Shown: positions 1-11,300 of the stretch, piece by piece
How positions within the stretch are numbered: position 1 is the stretch's first letter
Layout: every line of letters starts with the position of its first letter
Origin: a bacterium
GTDB taxonomy: Bacteria; Patescibacteriota; Microgenomatia; Daviesbacterales; UBA10151
Reading direction: 5' to 3'
Length of the DNA stretch: 64,000 nt
Assembly: GCA_021786315.1 (NCBI GenBank)
Contig: JAJYNN010000002.1
Location: 204,402 to 268,401, forward strand
Notes under the pieces: generated by a model
Told to the model about the DNA's origin: nothing
Database searches by the model: none
What the model saw: only the letters and a program-made list of their open reading frames with translations
Translations under genes and position numbers: made by a program

Positions 1-2235
1 ATCGGTAGTCTCCTCGCTGGCTGTGCCCGTAGCGGAACCCCAAGGGGAAAAACTCCAGCTGGGTGCGCAGTTCCCGGTGTTACAATTGGTGGCACTGTAT
101 GTCCCCTCCATACCGCCGTTGGCAGCTGAGTTGGGGGTCAGGGAGACATTATCCAAATAAAGGGTGCTGGGGTTGCTTCCGGCAATAGACTTTCTAAAGC
201 CCATTTTAACTGTTTGAGCTCCTGTTCCGCTCACTTTAAAAGTGGTTTCAACCCTAGTCCAGGAAGTAGCATTTATATATTGATTAAGGGCAATTTCATC
301 AGCTGAGGAAGTAGTGTTGTAAACACGGGGATAGATATATCCTTCTCCGCTTTGTTTATACCAAAAACTATAAGTGTAGGTAGCCCCACCTGTTAAAGTC
401 ACGCTTTGTCCGTATTCCATGGCGCTGGTACAATCCGAGCAGTAGGTTACTTTTTGGGATCTGGTATCAAATAAAATACTTCCTGCCTCCGCATCGGCTT
501 TGGTAGGGGTGCCCTGAATATCTGTCCAGGAAGTAGCGGCACCTCCTGAAGCAGCTTCCATATCGCCATTGGTGATAATATTTCCATTGGTATTGGTAGA
601 GGAGTTGTAGGCTTTTTGGTCAGAGGTGCCTCCCATGTTGTAGGTCACCGGGGACAAGGTGCCTGTACCATCCATCTTGGCATAGAATTTGAGATCAGAA
701 TCGGCATAAAGCCCGGCTTCTTTGCCGGTGCCGGAGTTGTAAATGTCGGTAATTTCAGTGGAGGATAAAACCCGGTCCCAGATAGCAAAATCATCAATTA
801 AACCACTGGCATTGCCGCCGCCATTACGATGGCCGATATCAAGGTTGCCGTCAGTTGCCATAGCGGTACCACTGGCAGTACCAACTCCGCCATAGGATGT
901 GCCATTGACTTTTAAGGAGATGCTATTTCCGGCATAGTTCCAGGTGCCGACGATGTGATACCAGCTTCCCGCAGTCATTGGGCATTGGTTGGAAAATGCG
1001 CAGCCGGCTTGAATTTGGGAGCCCTGGGCACTGTTGTAGACCTGGAAATACAGTCCTGAGCTGCCGTTTTTATAGATGCTGAAATAGCGGGCGGATCTGG
1101 TGGCGGAGAACAGGTCCCGGGTGCTGGTATCAGATGCACTGCTCCAGTTGGGCTTAAACCAGAAAGAGATTGTTCCCTGGTTGGTATCGATGTGTTCGTA
1201 ATTATTGCCGGAGATTTGGGAGCCGGCAGGGACGGTTAAAGTTGAGGAGTTATAAGTACTGACGGCTTGTCCTGATTTACCGGTATCGTAATATCCGGAG
1301 GGGGTGAAGGTGGAGGAGGCAGTTTCCTCAAGCTCGTAGTTGGCGACCTCGTTGGAGGGGACAATTGATGAAAGGTAGGTCTGTTCTTCACCCATGACTA
1401 CCTGGGCAGAATCTGTCGTATATGACGAATTGGACAAATTGGTCGTATCGCTATAACCAAGACGGGCGGTGTTGACCAGGGGAGAGGCAGTTTTGGCGCG
1501 GAAGCCTAAGGTTTCCGGGCCGGCGGTGGTGGAGACCCCGACATTGGAAACCAGCTTGGCATTAGTTAATGACAAAGCATTGGAAGAAATAGAGGGCGAG
1601 CCTGAGGTGGTCCATCTAGAACCATTAACGGTTGATCCTTGATTAAAGTCATCGAAGAAGTCGAAGACCTTGGAAGGAGCTTGGGCGGAAGGGGCAGAGG
1701 CATTTCCATAATAGGCATATAAGGTTTGGCCGGAGGTAGCAATTGAAGGAACCTTGACCCAGACTTTGGTGGCAGTCTGGTTACAACCCGGATTATTTTC
1801 CTCTATCCAATATGGAAGGATTTTTCCTGAGATATCAGTTACCCTTAAATCGTTACAGGAAGAATTCATCTTTCCCGCAGTAATTAAGGAAGATGTATCT
1901 AGGGTAAAGGAAACCTGAAAATCGGTTTGGGTAGAACCTGAGGAATTGGTAACTTGAATGGGCACCCGGTAAAGCCAGGACTCATCCATCCAGGAGGCTA
2001 CCGCTTTTTGAGGAAAAAAATAACCTACCACTGCAATTAGAACCAGAGCTAGAACTGATGCTCCAAGTACATCTCTTAAAACTCGATGCTTCCTCAAAAA
2101 GGGAATTTTAAATTTTAAATTTCTAATTTTAAATTGATTGAAAATTGCAAATTGGAAATTGTAAATTCTTCCCGAAGGGAAGTACACCGGTTCCTTTAGA
2201 TAATTGATAAGTTTTTTAAGACTATTTTTTAACAT
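1..2235 (-). CDS. Large surface protein, DUF2341 + LamG/concanavalin-like domains (partial, runs off window start)
   Basis: Hand translation from ATG at 2235: MLKNSLKK...TM (VLALVLIAVVGYFF)...SWMDESWLYRVPIQVTNSSGSTQTDFQV...DLRVTD...YWIE...KVWVKVP...YAYYGN (DUF2341-like), later WYHIVGTW...GLIDDFAIWDRVLSSTEI (LamG-like). Absent from ORF track because its stop lies outside the window. Confidence 0.85.
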   Translation of the reverse strand, partial: MLKNSLKKLINYLKEPVYFPSGRIYNFQFAIFNQFKIRNLKFKIPFLRKHRVLRDVLGASVLALVLIAVVGYFFPQKAVASWMDESWLYRVPIQVTNSSGSTQTDFQVSFTLDTSSLITAGKMNSSCNDLRVTDISGKILPYWIEENNPGCNQTATKVWVKVPSIATSGQTLYAYYGNASAPSAQAPSKVFDFFDDFNQGSTVNGSRWTTSGSPSISSNALSLTNAKLVSNVGVSTTAGPETLGFRAKTASPLVNTARLGYSDTTNLSNSSYTTDSAQVVMGEEQTYLSSIVPSNEVANYELEETASSTFTPSGYYDTGKSGQAVSTYNSSTLTVPAGSQISGNNYEHIDTNQGTISFWFKPNWSSASDTSTRDLFSATRSARYFSIYKNGSSGLYFQVYNSAQGSQIQAGCAFSNQCPMTAGSWYHIVGTWNYAGNSISLKVNGTSYGGVGTASGTAMATDGNLDIGHRNGGGNASGLIDDFAIWDRVLSSTEITDIYNSGTGKEAGLYADSDLKFYAKMDGTGTLSPVTYNMGGTSDQKAYNSSTNTNGNIITNGDMEAASGGAATSWTDIQGTPTKADAEAGSILFDTRSQKVTYCSDCTSAMEYGQSVTLTGGATYTYSFWYKQSGEGYIYPRVYNTTSSADEIALNQYINATSWTRVETTFKVSGTGAQTVKMGFRKSIAGSNPSTLYLDNVSLTPNSAANGGMEGTYSATNCNTGNCAPSWSFSPWGSATGTASEETTD

Positions 2236-2364
2236 ACATACCTTATATTATTTAGAAAAAATTCATCTTAGTACAAGAGATCAAATAAGATCAAAAATCA
2301 TATGTTATATTAGTTTATAGTTTGCCCTATTTGTTAATAGAACAAGTAGATTTTGTTCCTCTTT

Positions 2365-5300
2365 CTATTGGCTTGAATCCACTATCCACCAGTTGAACTT
2401 GATATCCGACGCATAGGTATGATCCAGGGAAACGATAAACCCTAGGCCCGCTTCCTGGTAGGAAACTATCAAGGCCTGGCCGCCGGTGGAGGAGGTGGCG
2501 GTCAAAAAGACCTTGGAATTTGCCGTTGTCGCCGTGGTGTTAACCGGAATCTCCGTTGCCCCGGCCGGGATAGTGGCGGTGCCGATGTGCTCGGCGCCGC
2601 TAACAGGGTTGGCAATATTTAACTTTTCCGTGGTTACGGTCTTGGCCACGACTTCGGTGGCCACAATTCTGCCGGTCTTATCGATAGTCACCTGGCCATT
2701 AAAGAAGTCAACCGTATCCGCCAGAGGAGAGGATTGGAGGTACAAAGTCCCTAAGGAGTTAATGGTGTTGCCGGAGGTAATGGAAAGTGTTCCGTCCTGG
2801 GTTAGGTCTCCGGCAATGGTGGTGTTGCCCAAAGTGGTTTCACCAAAGGACTTGAAGGAGTTTTGGATCTCGGTGTCATAAGCCTCAAGCTTGCCGGAGA
2901 TGGTGGCATCGGAGGTGACTTTCAAGTCAACCAGCTGGGCAGAGGTGGTGGCCAGAAGCGTATCCGGCGGAGTGAGTTTGAGTGAATCCACATCGGATTG
3001 GACCTTGGCCAGTTGGGCGGAGGTGGAAGCCAGTTGGGCGGAGTTGGAAGCCAACTGGGCAGAAGTGGAGGCAATTTGGGCGGAAGTTGAAGCTACCTGG
3101 GCAGATAACACATCCGCCTGGGCTGTAACTGAAGCCAGTTGGGCGGATTGGGTAGCCAGCTGGTTGTCAAAAGTCTTTAGTGTGGAGGCCACCTCAATAT
3201 AATTTGGTGTGGCTGAGCTTGCAGCTGCTGGTGTGCCTGAGGAGGTAAGGTCGGAACTATTCAGGGAGCTGTCCGCCACCTGGAGGGAACCGTTAACCGT
3301 AGCCGGACCGTCAATCTCCAAGGTTCCGGCCTTTAACTTGGGAACAATCAATGAGCCGTCCGTATCTAAAGTTAGGTTGGCTAGAATATCAGACGGATCG
3401 GCAAAGGTAACATTGACCAGGACCAAGATTTTACCGATTCCTGTTCCGGAATAATCCTGGAGGGCTTTACCGACAACTTGCCCGGGTCTGGTAGCTTTCA
3501 TACCGACCCCGGAGATAGAGGAGGAGGTAATGTAGTCGCCTGTCTGGATGGGGCCGTTTTCAGTGCTGACTTTTAGGGACACCCTTCCTGCCAGGGACAC
3601 CGGGCGGGGGTTTTCTGAAGGATCAAAGATATCGTCTCCGTAAAGCTGGTTGGGGTTGGTGGAAATGATACCCAAAATATTGCTTTGGTACGGTTGGCTG
3701 GATTTTGCCATATAGGCTTTGGATGTTGGTTTACCCTCGTGGGGGTCGGCGACAACCTTGGCTTGGCCGGTAGCAATCACCAGGTCGCCCGCCTCTATTG
3801 AGGAATCGGTAGTGCCGTAATTTTCTGCCAAGTCGGTGGCGGAGCCGTTACAATCTGTTATTTCTTCCATGGCGGGTCCGTTTGTGGCATGGCAGAGTGC
3901 ATAGGTGTTGGCAGTTGTCCTTAAATTCATGGAAACTGCTCCTGTTGAGGCTATAGAAAGACCAGCGGTGGAATTGCCGTTGTACCTAAAAGTCCAGCTC
4001 TTGCCTTCCATAAACACATCCTGATAATTAGTGTCAGTCCTGTCCCTGAAGCTCATATTGGTAATGTTGTTAGTGTTATTAAACCCAACCTGCAAGCCCA
4101 TGTTGTTAAGCCCATCTCTCCAAAGCCTGAAGTCCCCATTAACTTCCAGTTTCTGAACTGGACTGGTTGTCCCGATACCCACATTACCAGCATTCCCAGC
4201 AAACAAGGTAGCACTGCCTAGGCTAGAGTTAATATTAGCTAGATAAATATTACCTGTTTTATCAATTCTCATGTCTTCATTAGCGGTACTGGAACTACCT
4301 GAGGGGACCACATAGAAACTTAAGTAAGGATCGGCAGCATCAGCAGTGGGGGTGGAAATAGCTGCCTTTCGATAAGTTGACCCTCCAATATTAAGGGTGC
4401 CAGTTCGGGTTTGGATGGGTCCATTAACATCAAGAATAGGGCCAGTAAAAGATAACCCAGAAAAGTTTCCTGGTGCAGTTGTCCCAATACCGACATTACC
4501 TGCAAAGTAGCTAATGTCAGACGCTCCGGCCTGGTAGATGCCGTAACCAGTGGAAACTCCGGTGGCTTTTTGAGCTTCCAGGAATAAGCCGTAAGCATTT
4601 ACCAGAGAACTGCTGTGGGCAGAATCAACATTCGGGCTTTGGACATATAGTCCATAGCCGTTAGTCAAGATGTTGGCGGCGTTACCGGCTCCGGGGTAGC
4701 CTACCCTGACGACTGCTTCCAGCGCCTTGGCTGCGCCTTGGGTAGCCTGCCCCAGGTGGGTTACCTGGAATAACCCCCCGGCGACGTCACCCGAGGTGGA
4801 ATCCGCCAGCTGGTTTGCCCCCAAAATGACCTGGCCATGGGTTCCAAAAACACTGGTGGTGGCGGCGGTGCCCCCGAAATCTGCCCGCGTGTTGCTGAAG
4901 ATGCCGTATTCCGTGCCGCTGGTATTGGAATAAGTATGGTCAACATATAGCTGCTTAGCTGAGTCCGGGGTAGTGGATAGGCCAATAGTGCCGCCATTAA
5001 CATAAAGATTACCATTATTTAAATGTAGCAGTTGAGAAGGATTAGTTGTTCCTATTCCTATGTTCCCGCTTGTAGTTATGGTTAAATAATCAGTCCCGAA
5101 GTCGTCTGAGAGGGTTGAGCTGGAGATTTTGAATTTGTCAGAGTCGCTATTATCGATCCCCATTCTCCAACCTGTCGTTCCGACAATTCTAAAGTTCATG
5201 GCGGCGTCACCGGTACTGTTCTGGTCAAGATAAAGAAGGGAAGTGTTGCTGCTGCTGTTGCCGAAGATGTTGGTGAGAGAAACAGGATTGGTAGTCCCGA

Positions 5301-8300
5301 TACCGACGTTACCCATATTGGTGATGCGCAGATAATCAGGGCCGCTTGTTTTGCCGAAGTTGAAACCGCCGAGGCCGTTGTAAGCTGCGTTGTTGGCGTT
5401 GGTTTCAAAACGGATCAAGCCATAACCGCCGTTTGCGTCACCGCTGTCTTCTACCCGCTTAATGTAGCTTGTGGTGTCCCCATCGGAATACATTCTTAGA
5501 ATATCGGCGTCGGCCCAGGTGGAGATACCGCCAACGGTGATCCCTTTGCCTTCGGTTGAGCCGTAAACTTGAAGGCTTGATTGCGGGCTGGTTGTCCCGA
5601 TACCAACATTACCCTGGATTAAAGCTCCATAAGTGGGCTGGGTAGCTCCCTGATAGGTAGTAGCATCACCAATGATTAAGCTGCCGGGGGTGTACATTCT
5701 GCCTGCTTGCGATAAATCTTCAACTTTCAGGTCGTCATTTATATGAACCTCATAACCTGCTCCACCTGAACCAATATCAAGGAGATATTGCGGGCTAGTT
5801 GTCCCGATACCAACATTACCCGATTGGGAGATAAACATTCGATTAAGATTGTTGGTTTTGAAGGTAAAGTCATAGGCTCTTAAATCTGCATATTGTTCGT
5901 TGTTGGCAGCATCAGTAAAGAATAATAAACCACGATTAATGGTATCTTGGCCAATATAGACATTTGCATTAGTTCCAGCTACAACAGAGAATTTATAAGC
6001 TGGATTGGTAGTCCCGATACCAACATTGCCTCCGGCTCCGTTGAGGATAAGGGGGGTTTGGCCGGTGCCTTGATGGGTGGATTGGATAAAGGAGAATAAG
6101 CCGGTAGTGTCTACGCCAAGGCGCAACTCTTCTGAACCGGAACCGTTGTTGTTGGCAATGCGAACGATTTCGGAAAGGTAAGCGGCACTGGGTTGAACGA
6201 TGCTTAACAGGTCTTCCGGAGCCGTGGTTCCGATACCCACATTGCCGGTGCCTGATTCCGAGACAAAGGCATATTTGTTGGTGACAGTTCCGGCACCTGT
6301 CGGGGCGGCGACGTAGTAGCCATACCAGTTGGTGACCGTGCCGGCGGAAGCAGTCAAGCCCTGGTAATTGTTGTAGAGGGAAGTGACTGTACCGGATGTG
6401 CCGGAAAGGTTAACTGTGGGTACGGAATAAGTTCCGTATTGGGCAGTGTAGGTTAAGGAGTTAGTGGAGGAGGTTAAGTTTGGCAGGACTTGCAAAGCAT
6501 AGGCAGTACCGCTAGCAGTTGGCTGGTTATTTTGAGTGATATTCACCGATCCGGCATTATAAGTATTCAAACTTAAATCAGAGGAGTTGAAGGTTTCCCC
6601 GGCAGTAATACTAAGGGGAGCCTGGGACTTGATATTGGAAGCGGTGGGGTTGGTGAAGTTGAGGTCATAGGCCATAGAGACATCACCGGAGGAGGTGAAG
6701 GAAGTGGGGACATTATAGGTGGCGGAGGTACTATCAACAGTAAAGTAATCCGTAGCCCCGTTTGATACAGAAAGTAGATAGTTTGGAGCAGTGGTACCTA
6801 TTCCCAGGTTACCATTTACGGCTAGAGCTGCGGTGGTTCCGGGGTTAGCATAGCCTACACCTACAGTTCCGCCATTCGGGTTTAAGGCCAGAGGCTTGAA
6901 AGAGTTGGATAATTGGACGGATTGGATAAAGCCAAGAGAGCTTCCGTCGGACCAGATAGCCACATCATGGTTATTGGTGTCTCCGCCCATACCTACCAGC
7001 AAGCCGTTACGGTAATTGGTATATGTAGTTCCGACTCCTTGTTGGGCGATGAGGACCGCATTATTAGTGACATTATCTCCTACAATATGTAATTTGGCGG
7101 AAGCGGCTGTGCCTCCGGGAGTTACTTTATTGATACCTACATTCCCGGAGGATAAAACATTAAACTTGGAATTGATGTCAAATAAGGTAGCTGGTGCAGT
7201 TGTTCCAATACCTACATTGCCATTATCCTGAAGGTTTAAGATATTGGTGGCTGAACCCACATCAAAGGAGAGGGTAGCCACAGTAGGATTGACATTTACT
7301 GTTCTCGGCCTCATCTGGATAACTGCTGTTTTAGTTTCATTCCCAGTGGCTGAGTTCCATTCATTACTACTTAAGTTGAGAGCATAGGAGTTGTAAGCAG
7401 TGGAAGGACTGCCAACCACGGCTGTGCCGCTATAATTTAAGGTCAGATTGCCATTATAAGTACTGGCTCCTCTAAAGGTAGAAGTTCCATTGACATCAAG
7501 AAGGGTAGAAGGTGAGGTTGTCCCAATACCCACATTGCCAGCGGAATTAATCCTCAACTTTTCACTGCCGTTGGTGGTGAAGGCCATCCAGTTATTGGTG
7601 TTGTTGTATTCAATAAAACCAATATCGTCGTTCTCGTTGTCGCCCATAAGTAAATAGGAAGAGGCGGCATTACCAGAAACAATGGAAATTCCGGCGTTGT
7701 TGCTGGTAGAACCGTCGTTTCGGACCCTGAAATTAGTGACACTGCTTGGGCTGGTGAGGGTACCCAAAGAGGAAGCAACCTCCAGTTTCACTCCTGGATT
7801 AGTTGTCCCGATACCCACATTGCCGCCATCCTTAATGGATAGTCTTTCATCAGATCCTTCGTATATTCCTAATCTGTTGTTGTTACTTTCATGGGAAATT
7901 GACCACATGTCCCCATTTGACACGAGATAAAGTTCGGCATATTCGTTGGCTTGGGCTGTTTCAATGCTGGCAATAGCTCCCTGGTTGGGACTGTAGACGT
8001 TCAATAGTTGGCTTGGACTGGTGGTTCCAACCCCTATATTACCGGCAAAGTAGGAATTGGAGGCGGAGGAGGAGTAGAGGGCATATTTGGTAGCCCCGAC
8101 ATCAATGGAATTGTCCATGTAGATACCATAGGAGGTATTGACTGTGCCGGAGTTTGACCAACCGGAAAGGTTTAAGCCATATAAAGTACCGATAGTCCCG
8201 GAGGCGTTGCCAACTTCTCCTGTACCATAGTATAAACTGGCTGAACTAATCGTTCCGCTGGCAGAACTACCGGAGCGAATTTTGCTCCAAATTCCGTAGG

Positions 8301-11300
8301 CCGTTGTAATATTTCCGTTGCTTGTATTGAAGATTGGCAGATATAGGCCATAGGCGGTAGCAATGGTTCCGCTGGAAGTATTCTGAACTCTGATGTCTCC
8401 GCCTAAAGCGCCTGTGATTGTTCCGGCGTCATTGTTATTGGACTGAACTGCTATACCTGGTTGCCAGCTAATAGCTCCTGAAGAAGAATTATTGTTGGCA
8501 ATAAAAGTTCCCGGATAAATATTTTTGGCAGTAGTGGTAGTTAAATTAGCCAAATAACCGTAAGTGACAGCACTGGGAGCAATGGTCAGGTTTAAATTTG
8601 AATAAGTATTGGAATCAATACTTGACCCTCCCAGGGCCAATTTTCCCGATAGACTTTGGTTACCAACTACATCTAAAGCTTGGGAAGGTGCAGTTGTCCC
8701 AATACCTACATTGCCGCTCATTACTGCTAGGCCAGCTTGAGTGGGCATAGTGGAGACCCCAATGCCTAAGTTGCCTTTGACGTACATATTTCCATTAGTA
8801 ATATCGATAGCGGCTCGATCATCAATTCCGGTATTTACAAACCTTAAATTATTGCCTGAGGTGTCTAAAGTAGCCCCAGCATTGCGGAAATCAAGCTGAG
8901 TTAGTTTAGCTGTGCCCATCACATCCAAGAGGGAAGCAGGGCTGGTGGTCCCAATACCTACATTGCCGGATCCGATACCGTTGGTAATAGAAAGGCCGGA
9001 ATTAAGGGTAAACTGCTTGCCGATATCCCAGCCTAAAATGGCATTAGGAGTTTCTGTACCTCTTTCAAAGATCAGGTTCATAGGCTCGGTGTCAGCAGAA
9101 ACGTTATCCGCATTGATAGTCCAGTCAGCTGAATCAGTTTGGCCTCCGACAACCGTACCGACAAGGGAGGTGGCGTTGACAGTATCCGCATAAATTGTGC
9201 CAAACTTGACGCCGGCGGAACCGATGTCTAGCGATCCGGTAGAGGCACTGATAGCACCTGTCACAGTGGTAGCGCCAAGTCTGGCAGTGCCGGCAACATC
9301 AAGTTTATAGGTGGGGGAGGTAGTTCCAATGCCTACATTACCGTTGTTGAAATAGCTGGAGCCGGAGGCGTTAATGTTGATAGTTTTATTGCCGGAAGAG
9401 TAAAGGCCTATCCATCCGGCATCGACGGCATCTACTCCAACATAACCCAGACGGCCAAGTTCGTAGGTGGAATTTCTCCAGCTGACCATGTCCTGGTTAT
9501 CTTTTTGGATGGTCAGTAGGTAGTCAGGACTGGTTGTCCCAATACCCACATTGCCGGCAAGGTAGGAGTTGGAGGCGGAGGAGGAGTAGAGGGCATATTT
9601 GGTAGCCCCGACATCAATGGAATTATCCATATAGATACCGTATGAGGTATTGACTGTGCCGGAATTACTCCAGCCGGAAAGGTCTAAGCCTCTGAGGGTG
9701 GTGATGGTGGAGGCTCCGGAATTGCTAACATTTCCATATAAAGCAGAAGCAGTAGTCCAAGTTCCGCCACTGGAGTTGATCAGGTAACCTTCGACACCAT
9801 AACCGGTTGAGGTGGTGCCGGAATTAATAATGCTACCGTAGGCACCAGCACCGGTAGTAAGTGTTGCTCCGGTGACATTGGAAATTAGGCCAAAGGTTCC
9901 GAAACCGTTGGTGAAAGTGCCGGTGCTTTGGTTGTAGAGAGCTCCGGTAGCGCCGTAAGTATAGGTGATAGTACCGGAGGAAGTGTTATAGACACGGCTG
10001 TCCGATCCCATCATTGTTCTTTGGGTATTGGTGCCAGTAAAGTCCGATTCAAAGTAGCCGCCTTTGGCTGCGGGGTAGGGGCTGCCATTGTAGCCGCTGG
10101 TGACAGTGACTTTACCGTAGATGTTGTAGAGATTGGCAACTGACGGATTGGTATAGGTGGATTCTACATGCAAAGGAGCGATAGGGGAGGTTGTCCCAAT
10201 ACCTACATTTCCTCCTTCTTCAATGGTCATAGAAAATCTGGCAGGACCTCCATTGGGATAGGTCAAAAAGCTGGTTTTTGCCGGGCTTGGTTGGGTGTAG
10301 ATTGCAAATTCTTTTGTACCATCAACAGCATTAACCAGTGCCGTTGCATGGGTGCTTTGGTTATCAAAAAGGATATTTAAATCACCGTCAGGGTTGGTGT
10401 TATTAAATCTAGCTAAGTAGGTGCTACCTGAAACGTTTTTGGAGACATCGAGAGTGTAGGCTGGAGAAGTTGTCCCGATACCCAGATTGCCGGAGGAGTT
10501 GATGGTGATGCCGTTGCCGGCGGTGCCATTGGTGGTGAGGGCAATGGTATTGGCGCTTAAGCGGTAAAGTCCGGAGTCTGGGTCGTTAGTGAAGGTTAGG
10601 GCTGGGGAGGCAGCGGTACCGTCAGGCAGGTTTAAGACACTGCTGACCATTAAGGTAGCGTAGCCTGCAGTGGCTCCAGTGATGTTATTAATATAAGCAT
10701 TCTTCCAGTAGTGGTCGCCGTCGCCTAAAGATTCTACCCCGTTAGCCTCAGGGATGAGGTCGTTTGATAACCTGCCGACTATTTTGACATAGTCATCCCC
10801 GGATTCACCTAAGGTGGTTTGTCCAAGGACTTTTAAGTTACCCCCATTATCAACAGAAAACCTGTGGAGATACAGGCCGTAGTAGGGGTTCGTTGTTGTT
10901 CCGATGGTAGGTTTTACCGGCGGCGCCAATCCGGAGTTGGAAGGATAAACATTGCCGTAGGAGTCGATGATGGTTTTGCCGATAAAATCAACATAGGCGA
11001 TACCTTGGGGAAGGGAAGTGGAGATTTCGGTTAAGTTGGCATTAACGTTATCAATCTTTCTATCGGACTGCTTAATTTGTTGGGCCAGCTCTTTCCTGTT
11101 GGCGATAGTTTTGTCGTCAACCTCGATAATGGCGGTCTCATCCAGGTTAAACCTTTGATCATCCGAATTTTTATGAAATCCCAGGTCTTTGGCCTTGGCC
11201 GGGGCAAAGTTGGTAATAATGCTTTGGGCCAGGTTGTCAAACGGTTGAAGCAGGGAGGCAATAAACGATGGCTTGGAAGTGGAAGCTCCTAGCACTTGTT

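Noticed and set aside
8041-9689. Near-identical segments as DGR template/variable repeats
   Set aside because: Differences are mostly synonymous and not adenine-specific; no reverse transcriptase present.
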